From Eledone cirrhosa (taxonomy: Eukaryota), in contig OZ024742.1 of assembly GCA_964016885.1 (NCBI GenBank), forward strand, positions 325,190,001 through 325,254,000: a stretch of DNA of 64,000 nt, in the 5' to 3' direction. Of the stretch, positions 37,960 to 48,385 are shown in pieces. How positions within the stretch are numbered: the first letter of the stretch is position 1; each line of letters opens with the position of its first letter. The position numbers and the translations under genes are program-made. Below the pieces are notes generated by a model that was not told the DNA's origin, searched no databases, and was given only the letters and a program-made list of their open reading frames with translations.

Positions 37960-38733
37960 AATGGAAGTTCAGTAAGATCGGAGCTCTGGCTGCGGCTAAG
38001 CCTACGAATGCAATCCGGAACGTCCAGCTAAGCACTCGATAAGGTAGTGTCACCTTAGAGTAATAGCATACGTTTAGAAAGCTTGACAAATTGAAGACTG
38101 TGGCCGGTGAGCCAGCCACAAGGACAGAGGCAGCGAGAAAACAAACTCAGGATAATTTGAGAAACCTGGACCATCCCATCGATATTATACAATATCTCCG
38201 GTAGGTTTCTATGAATACGAAATCAACAATACCACTTGCGCGGTATGCAAGTTTTTTGGTTTTGTAAGATCGAACAGTAGATTTACTTTATCAACAGGCT
38301 TCCGTTCTGTGCTGCGATCGTGTGTGAATTGTAGCAGTAAAACTGCTGGCGGTCACGTGGTTTTCCCAAAGGGAGGTAACTCCCGGTTTTGGCGGTCTAA
38401 ATTAAAATTTTGACCAAAGGAATAAATTCCTTTCCACAAACCGAATAAAGCTCTCGACTAGACCTTATTAAACAAACATAAATAATTAACCAATCAATAG
38501 AATTGTCCAAATAAATAAATTAATTAATCATTAAGTCTAGGAGATAATAATACAAATGGAAGTTCAGTAAAATCGGAGCTCTGGCTGCGCCCAAGCCAAC
38601 TAATGCAATCCGGAATGTGCAGCTAAGCACTTGATAAGGTAGTGTCACCATAGAGTGATAACATACGTTTAGAAAGCTTGACAAATTGAAGACTGCAACC
38701 GCTGAGCCAGCCACAAGGACCTAAGCAACGAGT
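37955..38733. mobile_element. Short element with ~180-bp direct repeats (period ~595), in (TA)n
   Basis: atacaaatggaagttcagtaa...gagccagccacaaggac at 37955-38138 and 38550-38733. Confidence 0.6.
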
Positions 38734-39595
38734 GTGTATATATAGTATATAATCCAATTGTTCAAATATAGAGACGTTTGAAAAAAACCGTAAACCAAGA
38801 TGTGGTGTCTCCGGCCCATTCTAATGAAGCAGCCCAGTGATTGTAATATAGCATGTATTTACAAAATTCTTTTTCTGTCCAGCCAGAAGGTTCACTCTTC
38901 CCAGCATTCCACCAAATTTTCAATCAACTAAGATTTCTGTCAGGGCTCTTTATCACTATTTTAATATTAAGGATTTTCCCGTTGTGTAAGAAATTTGGAA
39001 AACTCTACTTCCAACCATTGCACAAATGTACAGACCTGCTAACATTTGGTAATTCTTACCTGTATTCTATATATATATATATGTACTCAGCCAGAACAAT
39101 TATCCCCTTTACGGATTAGTGCGACGTCTCAGATAGTTACTTTTACAGGTTACTTTACTGAATGTAGAAAATGCTGCCTGAATACATTCTCATGCCTTAC
39201 TGCAAAAATGTTCTGTAATATCACATCACTGCTTTTGTAAAGCATCTTTACATATATTTGTGAAATATGAAAGAGAGCCTCTAAGATAAATTCAATATTC
39301 CCAAGAGCATTCGTGCATCCCATTTTCTCTTTGTTATATCATAGCGGCTTTGCTGTTGCCATGCGGTTTATTATCAATTACAGTGAAAATCCTTAAATGT
39401 ATTAGTAATCGATGGATTTTTAGCATGCATATATCAAAATATGAGAAGGATATTTGGAAATAGACGGTAACTATGTGCAAGAAACCCTATCTAGTAGGGC
39501 ACCACGCCTAGTTATGCGCATGCGGATTTTTCTATCCAATAGGAGAGTTTAATATGCATTGTTGATGATCAATGACTCATCGTTGTGTCTGCTTG

Positions 39596-39669
<74 letters not shown>

Positions 39670-39675
<6 letters not shown>

Positions 39676-39755
39676 TATGTATATGTACATACATATATGT
39701 ATACAGACGTACAGTAGTAAGTATATATATATATATATATGTATATACATACATG

Positions 39756-39787
<32 letters not shown>

Positions 39788-40445
39788 CGTATGGATTCAC
39801 CGAATATTTATTATTATGCTCGGTGTGTTTGTAAACAAACATCCCGAATTAAGCCGTACAGTGTCTAGCAAACATCGTTGCTCATTTGTTCAACACTGAC
39901 AATGGAACACTGTACTAGTTTCAAGTTTATTAGCTATCGTCAGCAACGTATGCCTTCCTGCCAGATGGTTAAAAATCTGAAAGTATATACTTTCCTTATG
40001 CATATTAACGACTGAGCAGCCTAATTTGCATATCGAGTGAGTTAATCGGCCGGGGTACCGAAAACGATAAACGGAAAAAATGAAACAAAATTCATTTCTC
40101 ACTCTTAGTACGGCTGTTACTTAAATATAAGTATGTATACGTACATACATATATGTATACAGACGTACAGTAGTATGTATATATATACATACATGCACAC
40201 ATATATATATATGTACGTATGGATTCACCGAACATTTATTATAATGCTCGGTGTGTTTGTAAACAAACATCCCGTATTAAGCCGTTGTGTCTAGCAAGCA
40301 TCGTTGCTCATTTGTTCAACACTGAATAAATGTTCGGTGAATCCATACGTACATATATATATGTGCGCATGTATGTATGTATATATATATATATATATAT
40401 ATATACATACTATTGTACGTATGTATATATGTATACATACTACTG
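39670..40445 (-). mobile_element. Second locus of the HHR tandem unit (period ~456) with short inverted arm
   Basis: Reverse complement of the 6560-7115 family; repeats from 40127; flips orientation at ~40324. Confidence 0.75.
39907..39949 (-). ncRNA. Type I hammerhead ribozyme
   Basis: Minus strand: acgttg-CTGACGA-tagct aata aactt-GAAA-ctag-TA-cagtgt; stem I 6 bp with G-U pairs. Confidence 0.7.
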
Positions 40446-40470
40446 TATGTATATATATATACACATACTA

Positions 40471-40524
<54 letters not shown>

Positions 40525-40528
<4 letters not shown>

Positions 40529-40676
40529 ATAATAATAAATTTGAAGACTAAAATCCAAAGAGGGCTCGATAAGGATAAATATATATCAAATATAGAAGAA
40601 CCGTAGGGCAAATATTTATTAAAATAACAGATGAAAGTTTAAGCAAAGAATCACTGCTTTTACCCTTATTTTAATA

Positions 40677-40719
<43 letters not shown>

Positions 40720-41983
40720 CAATTACAATTTAGCTTCAGGCCCAGTTGTATACAGATATTGGAATTTTGTATTTGAGAAGAAATACGGTATGTTTGAAAT
40801 AATCATTTAGAGAGCTGTGGCTAAGCCAAAACACTAGCGACCGACGCCGTCTGGCGGTGGCCAACAGAAGCAAGGCGGACAATCGTGGATGAACAACCCA
40901 ATTTCAGAATGTTTCTCCTCTACAAATTTAAAGACAACGCTTCCTACATCCAGCGCATTAGCAAGGAATCACACTTCATCGCCAACTACGAACCCCTTCT
41001 AAATGCTTCCACTTCGGACTAAACTAAAGCTGGCACACTTTAAAATTAACACCCTAGACAAATTAACCCTTCAGCAATGTATCCTTCTCCAAGATTCCAG
41101 CAACTACTTACAACTATATAATACAGACCAAGCAGCCACATAGAAACACCCAAATCAGCTAGTCCTGGAGGACAGACTTCACGAAGATAGATCGGATAAA
41201 TGGAAGCATTCAGGTGTCAAACTAAATGTTTTACATTCCTCTGAATCTGGATCTCTCTGCTGAAGATATAATGGGTATTCCAGTGGCACTGATCCCCTTT
41301 TTGTGGCAACATTTTCTCCATTGCTCTAAATCTGAAATTTCTGCTAGGGATCGAATTAGTATTTCAATAACTCTGAATCTTCTTTGTGCAAATATAAAAG
41401 GTCAATGTTGATGATTTCTTCTACGAAAAAATAGATATTTTTAGAAACAATCACCCCGGGTCAACTCTAAGGTCACCCTGCCTTTCAAACCAAACCAGCC
41501 AGATCTTGTTACCACTCTCCAAAGGGTCTCTCACAGCCACCTGCCACCACAAATATCCACCTCCTCCTTCTCCTCCTTCTTCTTCTTCTCCTCTCCCCTC
41601 CTTCTTCTACCCTCTCTCCTTCTCTTCCTCCTCCCCCAACTACTACCAGTCATAACAAGCTATTAAAAGTGAATGATGGACAGAGAAATGAACTCTCTTC
41701 TCTGAATGAACATGTATGTGAAAATTAATTTTTCTTCCCCTTTTTATTATTATTATTATCACTATTTGTAGAAATATGCAACTTAACAATATTCTGCATA
41801 TTCGCAATTGACAATGCATACAAAACTGAAAGCGGTATTGTAAATAAGTTAATGTTTTGCTATTTCACTGAAAGAATCTCTTCAACACTTTCTACTGAAA
41901 AAATCTTTTCCTTTCTACTATTTGTTTATATATATATATGTATATATATATAAGATCGATCGACTTTCGGCAACATATATATA

Positions 41984-42052
<69 letters not shown>

Positions 42053-42267
42053 TTTATACATATATATACGTGTGTGTGTGTGAGAGAGAGACGGGATCTT
42101 CTGAAAGTGAGTTTCAGTAGATCCCGTTAAGGGTGAAAGCAACGATTCTTTGCTTAAACTTTAATCTATTATTTTAATAAATATTTGCTCTACAGTTGTT
42201 ATATATTTGATATATATTTATCCTTATCGAGCCCTCTTTGGATTTTAGTCTTCAAATTTATTATTAT

Positions 42268-42272
<5 letters not shown>
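40525..42272. repeat. ~145-bp inverted repeat pair (40525-40670 versus 42127-42272)
   Basis: agtaataataataaatttgaagactaaaatccaaagagggctcgataagg... is the reverse complement of 42220-42272 and continues inward. Confidence 0.8.
40891..41735 (+). mobile_element. 3' remnant of a PLE (GIY-YIG C-terminus + degenerate pLTR)
   Basis: 40891-41022 reads EQPNFRMFLLYKFKDNASYIQRISKESHFIANYEPLLNASTSD* (R..KE..FI....P.LN is typical of the PLE GIY-YIG end); decayed HHR-like motif at ~41672-41716. Confidence 0.55.
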
Positions 42273-42360
<88 letters not shown>

Positions 42361-42363
<3 letters not shown>

Positions 42364-42600
42364 TAGATAATTATCAAAGTTGCGTTCAAATCATTTAACA
42401 CCTATTAAATGATTTGAACGCAACTTTGATAATTGTCTAATTTATTTTCCTGCTCTGTAAAACACCTGATCTTCTTACATTGAGCTATTTCTCTTACTGG
42501 TAATAAGGTAGTAGGAAATGACTGACCTTTCTTGTTTATAGTTGTTTATAGTATATACATAACTATAAATAGTATTATTATTATAATATATTATTATATA
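42361..42600 (+). mobile_element. Palindromic remnant related to the Naiad pLTR tail
   Basis: 38-bp inverted arms at 42361-42442; downstream tacattgag.tattt.tcttactggtaataaggtagta matches 5257-5295. Confidence 0.65.
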
Positions 42601-42601
42601 T

Positions 42602-42795
42602 GGGCGGTGGATTGGCAGCATCGGCAAAGGGTCGGACACCATGCTTTGAAACATAGAGTTACCTCCCTTTATGATCTGAGTTCAAATCCCGCCGAAGTTA
42701 ATTTGCCTTTCATCCTTACAGTGTCGATAAAATAAAGTTCCAGTAATAAACTGGGATAATTGCTGGCCTTGTGCCAAAGTAGAAACAATTATTAT
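42602..42795 (+). mobile_element. tRNA-derived SINE (octopus-type), ending in ATT repeats
   Basis: ggcggtggattggcagcatcgg (A-box-like), gagttcaaatccc (B box), tttgcctttcatcc..gtcgataaaataaag core; decayed copies at ~59590-59725 and ~60160-60275. Confidence 0.75.
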
Positions 42796-42814
42796 AATAT
42801 GTATATATATATAA

Positions 42815-43772
42815 TCTATATATATAAAACTGAGGTTGTCTGTCTGTCTATCGATTTTTGGCACACATCTCCTCTTAGAATCTCTCACGGAATTGCACCG
42901 AAATTGCTATACTTGTACATTGAGCCCTAGCGAAGACATCGGAAAAAAAATATTTCAAATTGACCCGCCCTATCTGACGAAATCGAATATAATGTATCGA
43001 TTTTTGAGCGTAAGTGATCAGTTATTTCCCTTTGTTCTGTTTACATTGAGCGTCTGCGTGCAAAAATTAAAAAAATTACGCTGGCTTTCTCAGCGTTTAA
43101 AATGACATTAACACAATACACGAACAGTTGTCGAGCCAGCAAAATTTTGACCTGCAAAATTCATCAGTTCGAACACTAAGCTTCCGTTTTGCTTCATTTC
43201 CTTTTAAAAGCCTTTTAAAACAATATTTTTACTTGAAAACAAGTCTATTTAAAGACTACGTAAAACAAGCAAATATTTCGTAAAAAAAAAGCAAAAATTA
43301 TATAAGTTTATTTAAAATATATGTATCTGTAAATTTCGTTAGGCGTCCAGACAGACAGTCGTGCAGAGAGGTGATATACGCGTGCAGACAGATAGTCGTG
43401 CAGAGAGGTGATATACGCGTGCAGACAGATAGTCGTGCATAGAGGTGATATAGGCGTGCAGACAGACATAACTGATAATTTGGTTACGCTAATGTTTTTC
43501 CCTGCGTTGCAGTGTTTACATTTTCGATCTTTGTTAATAAATAACCAGTGCAGTTTTTATCCCCAGCATCCTCTTTTGTTATAACATTCGGGTTATCGTT
43601 ATGTTTTCTTAACTTCATAAGGCATATTGTTGGTTGAGGGAATATTAATCAAAAATACCACATGCAAGTCTGCACAGTAGACACTACAGTTTTTAAGCCA
43701 AAAAAGAAACTTAACATTGTAACTTTAACACAGCTACTGAGCGACCCCGAGCAACGCCGGGCTTTACTGCTA

Positions 43773-43773
<1 letters not shown>
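42815..43773 (+). mobile_element. Non-autonomous Helitron
   Basis: 5' TC (TCTATATATATAAAA..GTCTGTCTGTCT), subterminal hairpin cccgagcaacgccggg, 3' CTAG, inserted between A and T. Confidence 0.8.
43342..43468. repeat. 37-bp minisatellite, about 3.4 copies, inside the Helitron
   Basis: cagacagatagtcgtgcagagaggtgatatacgcgtg starting at 43348, 43385, 43422 and 43459 (partial). Confidence 0.9.
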
Positions 43774-43812
<39 letters not shown>

Positions 43813-43910
43813 TAGTCGATCGACTTTCGTCAAATCGGACCGAGGAAACTATGTTTCCGTTGGTCTTTCCAATTGCTAATACTATCTATCGGTCGCAACT
43901 CCAGGTAGAA

Positions 43911-44029
43911 GGAGCAACGTGAAATAAAGTGTCTTGCTCAAGGACATAACGCATCGCCCGGACCAGGAATCGAACTCACAACCTCACGATTGTGAATCCA
44001 ATACTCTAACCACTCAGCCACACGCCTTC
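43911..44029 (-). mobile_element. tRNA-derived SINE head + core
   Basis: Minus strand: A box TGGCTGAGTGG, B box GTTCGATTCC, then tgtccttgagcaagacactttatttcacgttgctcc. Confidence 0.8.
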
Positions 44030-44495
44030 ACAAATATATATATATATATATATCCAAAATTAATGTAAAGGACTCGGCTGCTATTTATAGCTGTCGATAA
44101 CCCTATTCACGCCACTAGGATGACGCTAGCATGCTGTTAGTAGTTTTAGAATTGCAACACGTGCGATCGGTCACTCGCAGATTTGCATTTGATGTGTAAA
44201 CACAGATAGTTAAACATTCTCCCTTGCTGAAGATCCTGAATTTGACTACTGTGACTTTACGGATTAATGGTGAAATATATTTCCATAATGAAATATATAC
44301 AAGGAAGATTAATCATTTTTTAAAATGTAATATTTGAAACTCTAGTTAAACTTTAATTAGTTACCTACCTAACTGTGTGATTACACACTTTACAAATTAT
44401 CCCCTGTGATTGTTTCATGTGTTTATTTTAAATATATATATATATATGTCAATCAATTTCTAGTTGATATATATATATATATATATATATAAGAC

Positions 44496-44672
44496 CTTCT
44501 ACAGGACTAGAACTGTTTCATTCGTTAGAAATCATCAGGGCTCCCTGATGATTTCTCACGAATGAAACAGTTCTAGTCCTGTAGAAGCTCTTCTATATTA
44601 AAACTGTTATACTCTGCTATGTATTGGGTACCTTACTTACTGTGGTTACCTCCGATTCAACCCGGAATAACT
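44496..44672 (+). mobile_element. Palindromic PLE remnant: head-to-head minimal hammerheads
   Basis: 45-bp arms 44496-44540 and 44543-44587; CTGATGA at 44545, ttc/gaa stem, GAAAC at 44564. Confidence 0.65.
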
Positions 44673-44694
44673 TATATATATATACATATATATA

Positions 44695-44890
44695 AAGCCT
44701 AAAGTCTGTCTTAAGCCAGAAGGTTCATTTGGCCGGTGCTTATCCCGGTCTCATGGCATGAAGCGACTGAGATTACAAAACTCCTCCCAGTCTATCGCAG
44801 GGTTAGACTCCCAGTTATTGCTGGTACTCGTTTTCAGCTGAGTATACTGGAGCAACGTGAAATGAAGTGTTTTACTCATGAACACATCAT
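44695..44890 (-). mobile_element. SINE, 5'-truncated copy of the 63661-63941 family
   Basis: Closely similar to 63661-63868. Confidence 0.85.
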
Positions 44891-46148
44891 GAAACCCAAA
44901 TAGGTATATATGTAGATATTAAACATGATATAGCTTTCGTAGCGTGTCTAATTCGAGTCAAACAGGAACGTCTGAATGACGATACATTACCGCACACAGC
45001 TATAACACTACATTTTCTAATTAGAACGTGTCGATTTCAGATTTTCCTTTGTTATTCAGTGAACAGAAAATATAATATATTAACATGATGTTATTATTGA
45101 CCTGCAGCCTGAAAATTCATTAATGTATTGCATTCTATTTACTTGAATATATCCCTTCGTTAAAGTATTAGTATTATGTTTATTCAAATTAAATCAATTC
45201 AGAAACATAAAGGACGGACGTTGAAACCTATCATCTCTTATTGACTTTAAAATAGAAATTATCCAACGATAATAACATCGCAACATTTCTAAGAAATCAT
45301 TGTATATTCTTATTTCTTTTAATCAAATAATTAAGAAGAATGAAGTGAGAAACTGTCTAAATCCTCTTAAATCAAGATCTGATGTTGTATTGTAGAAAGT
45401 TTGTGTATAATAATTTCACGCGTGAGACTATCATTCGTAATGATAATAGAAATAGATACAATTTGTAATTTTGGCATTTTAATTAGTTTTTCGTTTCTTT
45501 TCTCTAAGTTCTTTTACAGAAATAACAAAAAATATTCATGTTTTTCATCATTAAATTGTGTAGACTTTTTCAATTCCGAGCCACGATTTGTCACTTCTTT
45601 GAACATCCTGTCAATATTTTATACTGTAAAAAAAACAACAAAAAAACTGAAGCCATAGACATAGGCTCGAATATCTGACACCATGATAATGTTTAGTATT
45701 TATTGTATCAATGTTGTCACTAAAACTGTTTGATTTATAATAGCAGAATATCCCGGAAATATCACTTATTGGTTGTTAATCAGTTGCCATTTTACGAAGC
45801 AATCTTTAAATCATATGGGCCTAAAATAATGTTCTAGCTTCTTCGACAGGATGTCGTGATCGAGATTCAAACTTTTCAAAGTAGTAAAATAAAGAACGAT
45901 TTTAATGTTATTGAATCCCATTTTAGACAGCAGGTATGTCGTTACTTAAAGAAAATGGAATCGAGAGTGGCTATATATCATAATGTCAGCTGAGGAAGGT
46001 AATGGCTATTCTAAACATGGCGCCTCAGTAAGAAAACTGAATTTGTTAATTTTACGCATTCAGCCTGAGAGACTGCATTGACGTTCGACACGCTAATGTT
46101 GGAAATAAAATATAAAACGTTTCTGCTTTATATGCACGCATACATGAG

Positions 46149-46180
<32 letters not shown>

Positions 46181-46181
46181 A

Positions 46182-46230
<49 letters not shown>

Positions 46231-46236
46231 AATCTA
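46149..46236. repeat. (CTAT)n microsatellite, 5' flank of T4
   Basis: About 21 CTAT units. Confidence 0.95.
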
Positions 46237-46461
46237 GCTGTCGTCTGTTCTACAGTGTGGATGTCATTCACTTCGCACAGAAGTTTTGTTCAAATTTATT
46301 GAGGAAATTTTGTGAGTTCAAACTTAATTTTGATACAATTGTGTAGCTTGACCCTCCCTCTGAACTGTCAGGCGGTGGGTCAGCTCATATTTACCCCTCC
46401 TAGAGGTGAAAAACCTGTTTTAAAAAAAAATTGTGTAAAAAATTTCAATCGTCTAACAGAA

Positions 46462-48352
46462 ATGTTAAACGCAGCGAACGAAAATAGTGGTGGGGGGACA
46501 GCGGTAAGAGTTGTAAGCTCGCACGCTTTAGTCCCCCCTTCCTTCCCAACTAACGTCATAGAGAAGGAAGGAAAAATTAAAATAAAAACAGACGAATCTG
46601 CGGAGAAAAAAAATGACGAAAACACAAATCTGGACATGGATTCCAACAGCGAAAAAAAAAAATTTGAAAAATTGCATGACAATACTAATAACACAAACAA
46701 AGAAACAACAAACACAAAAATAACATTTGAAAATAACACCATAACAGAAAGCAAAGCAGACGACAAGATTTCATTTGCACAGAAAACAAAGATATCTTTG
46801 ACTTATATAGCGGAAAATATTTCAGATGTGGCACGAAGGATCACAGACGCCAAACAATACATAAGTGAAGGAGAGAATGGTATTTTATCGGTAAAAATGC
46901 CTCAAGAATTCACCAAAGACATTGAAAGCCGAACGGTCAAGTTTCGGACCATCAACAACAGTACAAAAAAACCTGAACAGCCTTCTCAAGCAGATATCAA
47001 AACAGTACTCACAGAAGTACTTAATGAAACCACTTTCATAAGAAAAGACAGACTGTATGGAAGCCTAGCAATTATCATGAAGAACGAATCGGCGGCAAAA
47101 AAATGTGCTTTGTCACCGATTCGTTCGAAAAATTTCACCTTTTATCCATCTTATATGGGGAAAAGAACTCAACGCATATGGCTGGATGCAATGATGCCAG
47201 ATGTGGACTACTGCTGGCTCATAGCTGGCTTCATCGATCCAGTGAATGACAACGTGATTTCCATTGGGAAAACCACAGGCAATGCGTTCAGTGGAACAGG
47301 TATAGAGCTGGTAGTGCAAATGAAGCCTGAACGCATCGCCCAAATACCCGACAGAATCCTATTAGAGGACCACGGGTATATAAACATTAGCGTGGAGGGG
47401 AGAAGGCCGTCCTGCCATATCTGTGCAGGCACCTGAAGGCCGCTTGTCCCCAACTCAACAAAAAGAAAACCCTGCTACCAACACCAGCTCCACCACCACC
47501 ACCACAACAGATAAACAAACAACAAAACTCAGTCCCACCCAACCCGTCCCTCAGTAAAACCACAACACCACCACAACACAAACAGTCACAACACATTACC
47601 CCAAAACAAAATACAGGCCCACCCAACCTCTCACTCAATAAAACAACACAACCACCGCAGACACAACACACAACACAGTCTAACATAGTGACATCCATAT
47701 CCCCCACAAAGAAAACCAACACGGAAACATTACCAGCAAACATACCTCTTCCCTCCAACACTGAAGATAACCCAACGAATTTGGAGGAAGAAACGGAGTC
47801 CTTCAGACAGATCAAAAGGAAAAAAAGAAAACATGTGCAAAACACACAAGGCCAAACAACCCCCACCCAAATCTCAACACAATCCAACAAAACAGGAAAC
47901 ACCCCTCCAGCAACAAACAAAACCAAACCTGCCCCTCCCCTCTTCGAAACACTCACACCATCCGAAAAAAAGATATTACACTATACTTACATCAACAGAA
48001 ACAATAATAAATTAAATGAACTCATATACAATAATCCTTCGGTACAAACCGAAGGTGTAAACTTTGTTTCTTCAGAAAACTACCCACATTTAAAATTAAT
48101 AAAGATCCCAATGAACCTCTACCAAAAACTAAAAAAGGATTTTAAGGAGGATCTAGGACCACCCTCTGTCAAACCCATAAACCGCGTCCTACTAAAAAGC
48201 TTTCCCCCTCCCCTCCCCTCCCCAACACAACTCCAAACACCCCAACCCCACCACACACTGACGACCCCACACCACCACAAGACACCCCTTCACCCAACAC
48301 CCCCGACCCCATGGAAGTCGTGCAACCCGAACCCCGGGAAGCGGAAAGGTAG
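46462..48352 (+). pseudogene. T4 ORF1, frameshift in zinc knuckle (~47430) and probably one in the C-rich tail
   Basis: SFAQ motif, RTVKFRTIN, YPSYMGKR, VEGRRPSCHIC/HLKAAC. The alternative frame ends TPMEVVQPEPREAER*, matching T3 QTMEVEPP. Confidence 0.8.
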
Positions 48353-48385
48353 GTCTCTACACTCTCCTTTGGCTCTGCCGCCCAC

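Noticed and set aside
38853-39240. Possible host exon (minus-strand CAG|GTAAG near 39058)
   Set aside because: No convincing open frame, acceptor site or recognisable protein.
39480-39545. Promoter-like TGCGCATGCG and CCAAT motifs
   Set aside because: Short motifs with no associated gene or CpG island; may be chance or repeat-derived.
43342-43468. CRISPR-like 37-bp repeats
   Set aside because: Contiguous tandem copies with no spacers, in eukaryotic DNA with no cas genes.
43911-44029. tRNA gene (also 63870-63941 and 60550-60616)
   Set aside because: A/B boxes are present but continue into a shared SINE core, with no proper acceptor stem; these are SINE heads.
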